Shown here piece after piece: positions 1-21,680 of a stretch of 64,000 nt of DNA; positions within the stretch are counted from its first letter, which is position 1; each line of letters begins with the position of its first letter. The stretch is taken from the NCBI RefSeq assembly GCF_009914755.1, contig NC_060934.1; one strand, 5' to 3'. A program made the translations under genes and the position numbers. The notes below the pieces were generated by a model. The model ran no database searches. It saw only the letters and a program-made list of their open reading frames with translations, and was not told the origin of the DNA. Origin of the DNA: the human T2T-CHM13v2.0 reference genome, Homo sapiens.

Positions 1-43
1 TCCATAATTTTCTGTTTGTATAGTTTTGCCTTTTCCGGTGACT

Positions 44-715
44 TGTATTGAGGGTTCCTGCTTCTGGCCAACAACCTATGAGTGATTTTTTAGGTCTGAT
101 CATAAGGCATTTACAGAGGTTTTCCTGGCAGGCTTCATAGGGGGAGGGCTGGTCTCCAGAGCAGACTTGGTGCAAAGCTTTTATAGTCTCTGAGGGGAAT
201 TGCAGTCAAGGACCCAGCCATCCTCTTATACATATCTGCGTTCCTAGCCTAGGTGCCTTCATTCAGAGGCCTCTTTATGTGGGGCTTTTGGGGAGGCTTT
301 CCTTAAGTGTCTCTGTCAAGACTTTATTGGGGAAAAGAGGGGAAGACACTTACCAACTCTTTCTCTACTATGACTTGTACTTTTCTGTTTCTAACCCTTC
401 CCTCTCTAGCCTTCACTCGACTCCTGGGTCTGTAAAACTGCCAGAATCTTTTGTTGGGGGTTCCCTTTGGCAATGATGCAACCCTCACATTTGTGCTGGT
501 CTACCTGCCCTGTGACCAATGTGCCATGCCACAGGGGAAAATGGAATGGGGGGTAGCTGGCACTTTCTCCAATTTAGCCTCTTATACTGTCACAGTGATT
601 ACAGACCTATTCTTTATTTTATTTTATTTTATTTATTTATTTTTTTGGCTTGTTGCCATTGGCTGTGCCAAAACGTGGCAGCCCAGCTTTCTCCAGCTCT
701 CCTGAGGTACTGATA
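44..715 (+). mobile_element. Solo LTR, MER74-like (ERVL)
   Basis: Starts TGTATT. Recalled MER74-like motifs (CCTGGGTCTGTAAAACTG..., GGGGAAAATGGAA, TTAGCCTCTT, GGCAGCCCAGCT). Interrupts an L1M 3' end. Confidence 0.55.
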
Positions 716-1800
716 CACACAAATGGAATCATGTTGTGCATAGCCTTTGAATCTGACTTTCTTCAGTTGACGTAAGTTCATCTTAGATTCATCCATTTGC
801 TTTGTCAATAGTTTTTAAATTTTAATGGCTGAGTAGTTTTCTATCATCGTGATGTACTGCACCTTGTGTCTCTATCCACTCTAGAGGGATATTTGAATTG
901 TTTCTGGTGATTATGAATAAAGCTGCTAAAAATATTTATACGTTTTTGTGTTAACATAAATTTTCATTTTACTAGATGTATTGCCAAACTCCTTTCCAAA
1001 GTGGCTGTGCCATTTCACATTCCCACTAGTAATATATGAGAGGTCTAGTGGTTTCACATCCTTTCAGCACTTGATATTGTCAGCTTTTATTACTACATCA
1101 ATTGTAAGGGGGAGAGGAGCATCTCATTGTTTGTTTCTACTTCCCTAATTATGTGAAGCACATTTTTATATGCTTATTTGCTATCTGTATATGTTCTTTG
1201 AAGAAGTATCTCTTCAAACTCTTTGCCTTTTTTTTAAAAAAAATTGTGTTTATTTTTGTTACAGAGTTTTGAGAATTCTTTATCTGTTCTGCAGACAAGA
1301 CTTATCAGATGTGTGATTTGCAAATATTTTCTCCTAGTGAGTGGCTTGTGTTTTCATTTTCCTAACAATGTCTTTCAGTGAGCAGAAGTTCTTACAAATT
1401 TATGTACTTTTAAAATGGATTATGCTTTTGTGTCATATAAGAACTCTTTGCCTAATCCAGGGTGAGAAAGATTTACTCCTATATTTTCTACTAGAAATTT
1501 CATAGTTTTACTTTTTACATGTAGATCTGTGATCCATTTTGAGTTAAGTTTTGTGTATATTGGGTGAGGTCTGTAACAGAGTTTTTGATTATTGTTTTTT
1601 GCTATTGTTTTTTGCTTTGGCATATGGATATCCAATTGATCCATTACTCTTCCCTGAAGTCTATTTAAATCTCTTTAATTGCCATTGTACTTTTTTGAAA
1701 ATCAATTATGTGGTTGTATATCTATGTTCCATATTCTGTTTCATTGATCTATATGTCTCTTCTTTCTCCAATATCATACTTCTCTGATTACTGTAGCTTA
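716..1800 (-). mobile_element. Old L1M (ORF2 3' part / 3'UTR) fragment
   Basis: Minus-strand ORF 1420-1644 resembles L1 ORF2 ([27 protein letters not shown]). Confidence 0.7.
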
Positions 1801-2028
1801 ATGTGTTTGTTTTTTTTGCTGTCTAATCATGGAAGTTGAATTTATTGCATTTTACAGGTCAATATTTTTTGTAGTTGTAGACGTCTGTAATTTTGCACTG
1901 TTAATTTTAATGTAATGGACATATTAGAAATTAGGTTTTCTATATGCAGGGGAAATGCTGTTAATTTACAATTGAAGAGAGTTATGAAATAATAATAAAT
2001 AGAAAAAGTAAATAGAGAAAGGAAAGTA

Positions 2029-2372
2029 CAGTCATCCCTTAGTGCCCATAAGGGATTGGTTCTAGGACCCTCTGTGGATACCAAATCCATGGATACTCAA
2101 GTCCCTTAAATGGCATAATATTTGCACATAACCTATGCATATCCTCCCATATACTTTAAATAATCCCCAGATTGCTTATAATACCTAATACACTATAAAT
2201 GCTAAGTAAATACTTGTTATACTGTGTTATTTAGGGAATAATGACAAGAAAAAAGTCTGTACCTGTTCAGTACAGACTCAACAACTATCCATTTCCCCCA
2301 CTTCCAAGTATTTTTGATCTGCTGTTGGTTGGTTGGTCTGCAGATGCAGATCCCATGGATATGGTGGGCCTA
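2029..2372 (+). mobile_element. MER2 (TcMar-Tigger non-autonomous DNA transposon)
   Basis: TA followed by CAGTCATCCCTT..., GGATTGGTTCTAGGACCC and TTTAGGGAATAATGACAAGAAAAAAGTCTGTAC, matching the recalled MER2 consensus. Confidence 0.8.
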
Positions 2373-3133
2373 TATATATGTCTTATTTATTGTCACTACC
2401 TTTTGCTTCCAAGTATTTTTTATTTTTAATGAGAGTTATTTTGTTGTGGTGGGTGGTTTAACATACATAAGTTTTCCCAGCAGCAGAACCCTGAAGCAAG
2501 GATTTTAGAACAAAGCCTACTTTGGAGACGTATATAACAGGCAAGAATTGATGCAAGGAAAGCAAGGCAGCTAATGAAGACTTACTAACTAAACTAACAC
2601 AATAGGTTGCTGGAGCTTTATCTTGTGGGATAATTCTGGGAAAGTCAGTGTCAAATTTAGTTTCGGGACTAACTCACCTGAAGTGTGAGAGAGTGAGTAT
2701 ATTTCCTGTTACTGGTTGTGGACTGCCATACAGAAGACATTGCACCTGCCTGGTGCTGTGGTGGGCAGAGTAGCATTCAGCCATTCAGAGGAAAGCCCTG
2801 AGGGATACAGAGGAAGATACTGGCTATTGGAAGTAATTTGGAATGGTGGGAAAGGGTTAGGTCCAAAGGATACTGTACAGACACTGACATTATCTGACTC
2901 ATGCCTTGTGAATTTTAAGTGCCTTTCCTGGGTTATCAAAGTGAATAGCTTTAATCAAATCATCTCTATAAAGACATTTCTAAGTAAATTTTCTATACTT
3001 ACACTCCTCTACTTTTTATTACTACAGCTGGCTTCATTAGCTTTTTGTATATTAATCTGTGTTGTCCTACTATTAGCTAGAAGAGCTTACTAACTGTGAG
3101 CTTGAAGATATTGTATATTCCCTCTTCGGATGA

Positions 3134-3447
<314 letters not shown>

Positions 3448-3529
3448 TAAATTCCTTTTCTAGCCTCTATACAGAATTTCTAGGATAACAACAACAACAA
3501 CAACAACAACAAAAACTTAAATGATAAAA

Positions 3530-4310
3530 ATGAATATATAAAATAGCAAGTAAGCCATGTAAAATATTTTCAATATTCTTAGCCATTAGAGAAGTGCAAA
3601 TTAAAACTATAAGATACTGCTGCATACATATGCGGATAGCGAAAGTAAAAACTGGTGAGAATACAGAATGAATGGATTTCTCATCTGTTGCTGATAGGAA
3701 AATGACACAGCCACTCTGGAAAACAGTTTGGCATTTTTAATAAAATTAAAGATAAATATTCCATATGACTCAGCAATCATATTCCTGAGTATTTAACATA
3801 GAAAAATGGAAATTTATGTATATGTAAAAACTTGCTACACAAATATTTACATCAGCTTAATTTGTAATTGCCTCAAACTGGAAAGAATCCAGATAACTTT
3901 CAACAGGTGAATAGATAAACAAACTGTGATATATCTATCGAATGGAATACCAAGCTTTGTAAAAGAATAAATTACTGGTACAGTCAACAGTTTCCGTAGA
4001 TCTTAAGTTCATCACATGAAGTAAAAAAAAAGCTAAACTCAAAGTGTTACATACTGTATGATTCCAATTATATAGTATTACTTAAATGAAAAAAAATTAG
4101 TGTTGGAAAATTAACCTGTCATTCCAGGAGTTAGAGATAATGTGGGAGAAGGGGATAGGTATGACTATAAGGGAGTTGCAGGAGAGGGCTTCTTTGTGGT
4201 GATGGAATAGTTCTGTGTCTTAATTGTGCTGGTGAGTACATGAATCTTTACAGCTGATAAGATTTTATAGAATAGTACACACACACTAAGAACAATGCAT
4301 GTAATGTCTA
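3530..4310 (+). mobile_element. Old L1M 3' end
   Basis: Typical L1M 3' motifs (GCCACTCTGGAAAACAGTTTGGCA, GATAAACAAACTGTG, CATACTGTATGATTCCA). Confidence 0.7.
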
Positions 4311-4340
4311 CTTTGGGGAGCTTTTTTTAAAAAAATTTCT

Positions 4341-4634
4341 TTTAAGAGACAGTGTCTTGTTCCATTTCCCAGGCTGGAGTGCAGTGGCACAATCATAGCT
4401 CACTGTAGCCTCAAACACCTGGGCTCAAGGGATTCTCCTGCTTCCAGCCTCCCAGGTAGCTAGGACTATAGGTGCATGCCACCATGGCTGGCTAATTTTT
4501 TTATTTTTATTTTTTGTAGAGATGGGGGTCTCACCACGTTGCCCAGGCTGGTCTCAGTCTCCTGGCTTCAAGCAGTCCTTCTGCCTTGGCCTTCTAAAGT
4601 GCTGGGATTACAGGGGTGAGCCACTGCCCTGGCC
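4341..4634 (-). mobile_element. AluJ
   Basis: Diverged full-length antisense Alu. Confidence 0.88.
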
Positions 4635-6618
4635 TAAATTCCTTTTTTAGCCTCTTCACAGAATTTCTAGGATAACCAATATAAGTAAAGTAGATGTTAT
4701 TTTTAAAATGATCCACTTTATACACTAAATTAAAAGACAGTCTTGATTTCTTCAAAATTCTTTGCTGTGAAGTGAAACGTTTGGTAATCATATATCTTGT
4801 TGACATAAACATACAGATTCCTCTGCATGTAACATTCTTTTCCTTCACTTTACCAATTTGTGCCCATTTCACGTATCTCAGCCTATATCCCTTTTTCATG
4901 ATCATCTTACCTCTGACATAACTCTTTCACCCACCAAATCTGTGTTTGGTGTCATTTCTATGATGGTCCCATACAAAGCTGGACTCATTTTACAGATGCA
5001 AAAAGTGATGAAATAATGAACAAGTTAATGGCCCAACTGAAACTGTGGTGTTGGACATAAACTTTAGAATAAATCCTAAATCTTAAGTGTGCAAATAAAT
5101 TATTCAAAACATGAGATTACCTAACCTATTCTAGTGATATTTAACAGAGATATGTTTGTAACTGGTGGAAGAAAAATCACTCCCTAGGTACAAGATCAAT
5201 TACTGTTCATTTTATTCACCTGAAGATAAATCACTTTCACAGATTTTGCAGACTACTTCTTTTCCTGAAAAAATGATTTATTAAAGTGGAGGTTTCTTTA
5301 CTATATCAACACTGGCTTACTCTTTTCTTTATAATACTTCTATACTGAAAGAAGCCAGAGGCCAAAAGTAGTCTTGTTTGTGCTGCTCTTTATTTCATTG
5401 TTATTTTTAAACCAGATGATGAAATTCCCTTCCATTTTGAAGGGCCATTTTTCATGTACATAGGAGGGAATTTAAACTGTTTGAGTTAATATTAACATAT
5501 TCTATTACTATAAATTGGTTTTAGTTTGATTTTAAAATAGCATATTAATTTACATTTAATTTTAGTATTCAACTCTGATCAGAAAAATAGTATTTTGGAT
5601 GTAGGGGTAAGGAAAAGGTGTGAAATTCCAGTTAAAAATCTAAAGTACTGTGTTTATTGTTTCATTGTGTGTCTGCATTTAGTATTGTTTGTATGAGAAA
5701 AAGTCAGTTGTTTCCTTATATTCCCATATAATTTTTGAGTAGTATGACAATCTTCATTTATATACCTGATGACTTTTAATTTTTAAAATGTTGTCTAAAC
5801 CAGGTTTCAGGTGATATATCTTGCTTCCTAATTTGACAACTCTGAATATTACTATTGAAACTTGTAAGCAAGTAGAAATTAAAATGAAGCCATACATAGC
5901 ATTTGCTTTGATTAAAAAGAATAGAAACCTAGACTGTTTTGGAAAATTCAGTGTATATTTCAGTGTATATATATTATGTGTTTATATATTGACAGATCTG
6001 GGCATCAGAATAGAGTCAAGAAATAACATAAATAGAAATTCAGTAAGAACACATATGAAACTGGAAACCAGTGGAGGAAAACTGAGGAATTGCTGTTTGT
6101 GAGAGACTTATTTTTCACTCAGTATACTTTTTTTTACTGTTTTAATTGTCTATATAGCATGCTGCATATTACCAATTTTAAATACTTAATTTTGAAAGAT
6201 TAAAATGGCTGGCAAATTTATTGCCCATTTGCAAAGTACATTTATATCAGGCATAGTACAATATGTAGAATGTTATTGGAACATTGGAACATTGTGTCTG
6301 AAATACTTTTTTAAAAACCTCATAAAATATGAAAATACTTCTTAATGATTTCAATATTAACTCTATTCATTAGACATCTATCATTATCCTTTATGTCAGA
6401 AACTTAGAGTGAAATCTTATTAGCTTGATTGAAGAACACTTGTTCTCATTTCATTGTGCTATAGTTAACATTCAAAGTTAAAGTTATTTTTCTTCTCCTT
6501 GATAGTATACTATAATAAGTATATTCAAAGTGATGCTCTAGATTTGTTTCCTTCACATTTAGACTTGCATTTTTACAATGTTTATACTAAGGTTTCTTAC
6601 ACTTGCCATAGTATATCT

Positions 6619-6920
6619 GTGCGGTGGCTTACTCCTGTTAATCCCAGCAATTAGGGAGGCCCAGGCAGGTGGATTATGAGGTCAGGAGTTTGAGACCAGC
6701 CTGGCCAACATGGTGAAACCCTGTCTCTACTAAAAATACAAAAAAAAAAAATTAGCTGGGTGTGTTGGCGGGTGCCTGTAATCCTAGCTACTCGGGAGGC
6801 TGAGGCAGGAGAATCACTTGAACCTGGGAAGGTGGAGGTTGCAGTGAGCCGAGATCCTGCCACTGCACTGCAGCCTGGACAACAAGAGCGAGACTCCGTC
6901 TCAAAAAAAAAAAAAAAAAA
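6619..6920 (+). mobile_element. AluS
   Basis: Alu dimer with poly(A). Confidence 0.9.
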
Positions 6921-7856
6921 GGATTTTTGCAATCATTAACTTACTTCTTGCTGTCTGTTTTTATTGTCTTTGGCTGTCCTTCTTAACTTCTTCAAAGATT
7001 TCTAGTATATTTACACTCCTTAATCCTAAATCCAGTGTATGTTGGCTCTCATGGTAGTTTTCCATTTCATGTACTTGCTTGTATAATATAAATCCCTGTT
7101 CTTGGTGTTTTGTGTATTTATTTATTTGGCTGCCATTGTATTGAAAATTGTCTTGACAATTCATTTATGAACATCATTAGTACAGCAATATGTAATTCAA
7201 AACCAGCATGCTCAAATTTGTACTATTCTGGTTAGTTATTGCTATGTGTGTATTTTCAAATTTTTAAAGACTTAGAGAATAGTAAAACATATACTTAGCA
7301 CAAATGATATCACTTCTTGGTACCTTTCTGTGAGTCCTTCTTCCCATAAGGAAATTAAATTGTTCTTTGTTTTCATGCTAAGTAGCATGAAAAAAAAGCT
7401 TTATTGAGATAAATCAAATTTAGAGCATTTTTATCACCTCAAAAAGAGCCCATATACATTAGCTCTCACCCACTCAATTATCCCTCCTTGACTATTTTGG
7501 GTCCATTGCAATTCCAAGTGAATTTTAGAGTCAGTTTGTCAATTTACACAATGAGTATAGCTTGGATTCTGATAGGGATTGCGTTGAATCTCTACATCCG
7601 TAATGGGTAATATTGCCAATCTTAATAAAATTTTCCATGAATGTGGGATGTTTTTCCATTTATTTGGATCATCTTTAATTTGTTGCAACAATGTTTTGTA
7701 GTTTTCAGAGTATAAATTTTACACTGTAAAGAAAACTTATTCCCAAATATTATTTTCTTTTTGATGCTATTGTAAGTGGAATTCTTTTCTTAATTTTATG
7801 TTCAGATTATTCATTGCAGATGGCTTAGAGATACAATTGTGTGTGGTTTTTGTTGT

Positions 7857-8149
7857 TTTGTTTTTGAGACAGGCTCATGCTCTGTTGCCCAGGCTGAAGT
7901 GCAGTGGCACAAACATGGCTCACTGCAGCCACAATCTCCTAGGCCCACCTGATTCTCCTCCCTCAGCCTCCCAAGTAGCTGAGACCACTAGACATGCACC
8001 ACCATGCCTGGCTAATTTTTAATTTTTTTTGTAGAGACAGAGTCTTGCCATGTTGCCCAGGCTGGTCTCGAACTCTTGGGCTCAAGCAATCCTCTGGCCT
8101 TAGCCTCCCAAAGTTTTGGGATTATAGGCATGAGCCGCTGTGCCTAGCT
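7857..8149 (-). mobile_element. AluJ
   Basis: Antisense Alu. Confidence 0.88.
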
Positions 8150-8150
8150 C

Positions 8151-8154
<4 letters not shown>

Positions 8155-8190
<36 letters not shown>
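8155..8190. repeat. (TG)18 microsatellite
   Basis: Perfect dinucleotide run. Confidence 0.95.
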
Positions 8191-8194
<4 letters not shown>

Positions 8195-8570
8195 AATATT
8201 GATCTTGTATCCTACAGCCTTTCTGAACTTACTTAGCTCTAATATTTTTTAGTGGGTTCTTTATGATTTTCTATAAACAAAACCATGTCATCTGTGAATA
8301 TAGTTGTGTTTCCTTCTTTCTTTCTAATTTGGAAGCCTTTAACTATTTTCCCCCTTCCTTAATTGCTGTGACTAGTAGTTGTAATGTAACAGTGAACAGA
8401 AGTGGCAAGAAGAGATGTCCCTAGTCTTGTTTCTCATATAGGGGGAAAATATCTAATCATTCACCATTAAGTTTGATGTTTCTCTGCAGTTTTCTTAGAT
8501 GCCCTTTATCAGATTGAGGAAGTTACTTTCTATTTCTGTTTTTTTTTAGCGTTTTTATCTTGAAACAGTA

Positions 8571-8960
8571 CAGTTGACCCTTGCACAACATGGCGATTGT
8601 GGGTGCTGACCCACTGCATAGTCTAAAATCCATGTATAACTTTTGATTCTCCCAAAACTTGTCAATTAATAGCCTACTGTTAACCAGAAGCCTTACCAGT
8701 AACATAAAGTCAATTACCACATATTTTATATATGTATCATATAAAGAATATATTATTAAGAAAATCATGAGAGAAAATGTATGTACTATTTATTAAGTGG
8801 AAATGTTTCGTGAGAAAAGTCATCATTGTCTTCATGTTGGGTTGGCTGAGGAGGCAGAGGAGGAACTGGTTTTGCTGTCTTAAGGGTGGCAGAGGTGGAA
8901 GAAAATACTGGTGTAAGTGGATTTGTGAAGTTCAAACCAGTGTTGTTCCGGAGTCAATTG
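8571..8960. mobile_element. Tigger2a/MER28-like DNA transposon
   Basis: Terminal inverted repeats CAGTTGACCCTTGCACAACA / TGTTGTTCCGGAGTCAATTG, with TA duplicated at 8569-8570 and 8961-8962. Confidence 0.8.
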
Positions 8961-8980
8961 TAGTGGATTTTGCCAAATGC

Positions 8981-9282
<302 letters not shown>

Positions 9283-9633
9283 GCCAGATGCTTTTTCTAT
9301 GTGTGTTGAGATGATCATGTAATTTTGTTTTCTATTCTATTGATATGATGCATTGAATTAATTGATTTTTGGATCTTAAACCAACCTTGCATTCCTGAGA
9401 CAAACTCCACTTGGTTATGTTATATATAATTTTTAAATGTTGCTGGATTTGTTTTGCTAGTATTTTGTTGAGGATTTTTGCATCATTCTCATATGAGTAT
9501 CAGTCTGTAGTTTTATTTTCTTGTGACTTTGTCTGATTTTAGAGTATCATAGTAATACTGGCCTCATAACATGAATTGGGAGATGTCTTCCCTCTTCTAA
9601 TTTTTAGAAGAGTTTGTGGAGAATTGGTATTAA

Positions 9634-10402
9634 TTTTTTTAAAAGAAGCAGCAATTGCTTATTTTTCTAATCAGGTGTCTATGCTGCTGAATCTTAAGGC
9701 CTCAACAAATGTTGCACCTTATTATTTCATTGAACAATAAGACCTTCTATTCTGATTATTCCCGGTAAATAGGAATAATCACTGGTTTCTCCAGTGGTTT
9801 CCACTTGCCAAAAACTCATGACAGATGACTTAACAAGGTGGCACCTGCTTTCAGGGGATTGTATCAGATGCATACTCATTTCCAGTGCAGCAGCTGTTGG
9901 CAATCTAGGACTTCTCTATCATGGTTGGCCAAGTAGTCCTGCTTTGGCTGCCAGAGCTTCATTCTGCTGAATATTACATTCCTGAAGTCTCATGGATATT
10001 CTTTTTGTCATTTAAAAATATTTCCATAAAGTGTTCTGAACAGGCTGGTCTCTTCAGGTTTTACATCTGTTGTGCAGTCTTAACACAGTCCAAAAAGCAG
10101 ATTTCTGCAAGTTTATTGTCAGTCCCAAGAAATTCCTTCAACTGTTTAATCTGATCAGATTCTGGTATTTGTGCACCCATATTCTTTTGGTACATTTATT
10201 AGTCATCTTCTCTGATGCATGAGTTTCCTTTCTGTTCTTGTAAAGTAGTGTTCCAACCTTTGTTTGAATGTCTTCAGTGAGACGTGATTTCTTACCTAAG
10301 CACAGGCTCTCACATCTGACGTCAGTACAAGGCTGGAGGCCTACACTGCCAGTCGAGTCTGAGGATGGAGGATCAGGATCAGGGCAAGCATTGCAGCCGC
10401 TT
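9634..10402 (-). pseudogene. TIMM9P1: TIMM9 processed pseudogene (CDS-homologous part 9916-10180), frameshifted
   Basis: The minus strand from the ATG at 10180 reads [34 protein letters not shown] (TIMM9: [34 protein letters not shown]). A frameshift then gives TAA at 10061-10063. The C-terminus [17 protein letters not shown] appears in another frame. UTRs and a residual poly(A) at 9634-9640 are present. The pseudogene number is recalled, not verified. Confidence 0.92.
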
Positions 10403-10681
10403 TATCTAATTCTTCTTTAAACGTTCATTAGAATTCAATAGTGAAGCCATTCAGGGCTAGGCTTTTCTTTGTGGGTAGTTTCTTGATTACTAATTTAATC
10501 TCTTGTTATATAGGTCTGTTCAAGTTACCTATTTTTTCTTGAAATTTTTTTAGTCATTTGTGCCTTTCTAAGTATTTGTCCATTTCATCTAATAAATAAT
10601 CTAATTTGTTTAATGGCTATTCTTTCTGACATTAATATAGCCACTTTGTCTTTCTTGTGGGTGTTGTTTGCATCACGTATC

Positions 10682-10981
10682 TTTTTTTTTTTCCCAGACA
10701 GGGTCTTGCTTTGTTGCCCAGGCTGGAGTGCACTGGCAAGCAGAGGTTGCCACTCACTGGAACCTCTGATTCCCAGGTTTAAGTGATCCTCCCACCTCAG
10801 TCTCCTGAGTAGCTGGGATTACAGGTGCATACCATCATGCTTGGCTAATTTTTAAATTTTTTGCAGAGACGAGGTCTCACTGTATTGTCCAGGCTGGTCT
10901 TGAACTCCTGGCTCAAAGTGAAACCCCTGCCTTGGCATCTCAAAGTGCTGGGTTTACAGATGTGAGCCACCACATCCAGCC
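10682..10981 (-). mobile_element. AluJ
   Basis: Antisense Alu. Confidence 0.87.
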
Positions 10982-11258
10982 TGCATGATATATTTTTCCA
11001 CCCGTACTTTCAATCTGTTAGTAACTTTCTATCTACAGTGTGTCTCCTGTTGACCCACATAACTGTCTTTTATGTATAGTTATTAGAACTATTGATAAGA
11101 AAATGTGAAAGTATAGTCCCATTATCTTATTTGAGTGGAATCAGTAGACTATTTCATAAAATGTATTCTAGTTTATAGTTTAGAATAGTTTGTTTTTCAT
11201 GGCTTTTGAGAAAAACATTTGAATGAGCTTACATTTTGTTGCATTTAAAATTTCTGGG

Positions 11259-11565
11259 TTTTTGTTGTTGTTGTTGTTGTTGTTTTGAGACGCAGTCTCT
11301 CTCTGTTGCCCAGGCTGAAGTGCAGTGGTGTGATCTTGGCTCACTGCAACCTCTACCTCCCAGGTTCAAATGATTCTTGTGCCTCAGCCCCCTGAGTAAC
11401 TGGGACTGCAGGTACATGCCACGACCTGGCTAATTTTGTATTTTTAGTAGAGATGGGGTTTCGCCCTGTTGGGCAAGCTGGTCTCAAACTCCTGACCTCA
11501 GGTGATCTACCTGACTCAGCCTCCCAAAGTGCTGGAAGTACAAGTATGAGCCACTGCGCCTGGCC
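11259..11565 (-). mobile_element. AluS with (TTG)n tail
   Basis: Antisense Alu with TSD AAAATTTCTG. Confidence 0.9.
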
Positions 11566-12219
11566 AAAATTTCTGTTTTTTAATGAATACAAAGTTCATG
11601 TTTTTTTTTCTTCCCAATGCCATGGTACATATCATCACCAAAAAAAGTAGTGATTTTGCTTCAGTGAACACTGAATTTTAATATTATTGATAGAATGGCT
11701 ATATCGATCAGGGTTTTACACTTATAGTACAGTATACTTGCAATGTAGGTAGGCCTCATCCTTTGTAATTAATTAATTAGCTTGTAATTATGTAAGCTAA
11801 TCTAAATTTTCATATTTTCAGTTTTAACATTTGGGCTTTTGAGTTACATTTCTTATATTTTGATTTTTTTCTATAAATTTTAAAACCAGAAAGACAACAC
11901 TAGAATCAATTAAATGCAAGATTGAAAGGGTTTCATAATGTAAAAGAGCAATCTTGTTTTTGAAATGTTCAGTTTACAGTAAGGATCGAGTAGCTCTGCA
12001 GCTACCGATTTGGGAAATACCTGAGGTTTTTTTTCCCCTTGCACTTACAGGCTGTTTTAGCCCTGAAGGTGGCTAGTAAGGACACAGACTTTAGAGTGCC
12101 ACGACAGTTCCATAACAGGAGTGAATTGAAGAAGAGAAGCAGTGGAGTCAGGAGCCTCACAAATTAAAGACAACTGGTGAAGAGAAAAACCATTTATTTT
12201 CGATACTTAAGATGGCTGA

Positions 12220-19241
<7,022 letters not shown>

Positions 19242-21361
19242 TTACTTGATTTTGCTTATAGAGTTCTTTGAGAATTTAAATCATCCTTTCTGAATTACAG
19301 AAAGTCATAGATTAGAAGTGTAGCTTTAAAATGCTCTAGATCACTCTGAATTAAGAAAAAGGGTTTCCTTTGTCCAGAATAAGCATCAATTTAAAACAGC
19401 ATTTAAAAACAAGTATTCAACAAATTGGTATACGAATTATAACACAAGCAACTAAATCACTGACTTTGATTAGTCTCTCTACTGATTACTACTGTTGAAC
19501 AGAAGTTGTGTGTAAGAATAGGAGAAGGTGAACTCATTGTCTTGAGCATGTGGAATTAGTTCTTGTCTGAGGCCAGATAGCAATTTTTATCTTATTTTCA
19601 GTATAGCAGATCCTATGCTGCCCTGATAAGAATCACCTGCACAGCCTCATTGACTCTCACGGAAGTATTCAGTAACTCTTTGAATTTTTTCCTAGAAAAA
19701 TTGGCATCTCTGTTACCCCTACACAATTCCTTCATAAACAGTAGAAATTTCCCCCATGAAACCTTTCCTTTAACCTTAACATTCTTCGATAATTATTTAT
19801 GAAGTCCTTAAATAATTATTAAAACAAGTATTGGTTTTGAATACGTACCAGCTTTGGAATACTGCTTAAGGAAACCATGATAAACTCCAACTCCTTTATG
19901 ATTATTTAGAGGAATATATCTATTTGTTATAGTCTTAAGGAAAACCTTGTCAACATATTAGATGATAGAAACAGTCATAACCAGCGACCACCAGGTTTGG
20001 TGGGAACTCATGATGTGAAGGGTCTACTCCATGTTCTGCCAACCAAGTAACTAAGTCATTTTGGGCAAATGATTCAGCTGACTTGATCTGTTACATGATT
20101 CCTAAGGTCTGTTATAGCTCCAATATTTCATGGCATCACTCCACTTTAATGTATTATCTATCTTAAAAAAGTTAAACAGAAAGATCAATTAGCACTTATA
20201 TTAAATTTGAGTTGCTGAATATTTTATTTTTTCTCACTTCCACTCACTGCTTCCACTATTTGGGTAATGATTGTTGGAGCTGTATGCATTTATAATGCAT
20301 TAAGTACAGTGTGGTATATCAGTAAAACTTCATTACAAATATTCATTCCATACATTTGTCTGTACTGGGGTCAGTTTTTTTCCCCTTCTTCTTCTTTTTA
20401 AAGACAGGGTCTTGCTCTGTCTCCTCCTGTCTTGGTCTCCCAATGTGCTAGAACTACGGGCATGAGACACTGCACCTGCTCTTTTCTAGTTTTATTTGTC
20501 TATCTGAAGAGTTTATTATTTGGCTAAGCTCACATGGCAAGGTAGGTATCATGAAGTGTTAAAACCCAGCTTTTCTGCTAATGTTCTTGTGAGATAAACC
20601 AACTATTAGTAAAGATACTTGCTTCCTAATCAAGATTACTTGGAATTGTTAAGAGAGTATGTATGTATGTATAAGTTAACTTTTTAAAAACTTCTCTGCT
20701 GCCTGGAGGAATAATGAAATGACCCAAAGGGATAGAAGCAAAATATTTCAGATAGTACATAACGTATATACTTAGCCTTGTGCAATCAAGAATTAATGAT
20801 ATAATGTGTATGGAGTAATATTTAACTTTATTTCGTTATAAGCCCTTTTGGGATAGTGGTTGTTCCACATAACTTTTATCTTCTTTAATGCTTAGTATCT
20901 GCTAGAAATGTAGTCTGTGGGATCATAAGAGTTGGGGAAGATTTACAGATAGCATTTTCAGAGACTGAACAGAAAAGCATATTGTCATTTGGAAAAATTT
21001 TAAAAGTGTCTAACTTTTATTCAGGACCATTTGCTTTTATTTTCCTGTTGTTATTTATTTCTATTATCTTGTTTACAGTTGAAATTTGGACAATTGGTCT
21101 GTATCTTTTCTAATTTTCATTATATATAAAGACTTAGGTTTCCTCTTTCCTTATGTGTTTGTTGGTAAACATTAGGTGCTATTTTTAAGTTTTCAATTCT
21201 CAGGCATAGTGCTACTTATCCATGTTATTTATATAAGCAAATGAGCATATTTGCCAATCAATCCACGGTAAGAAACACAATTTAAGTTCCTACCAAGGAT
21301 ACCTCTGTGTGTGTGTATGTGTGTGTATGTATCTGAAATATTTCACTAAATAATTCATATT

Positions 21362-21680
<319 letters not shown>

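Noticed and set aside
9921-10154. 77-aa plus-strand ORF
   Set aside because: It is the antisense shadow of the TIMM9 pseudogene.
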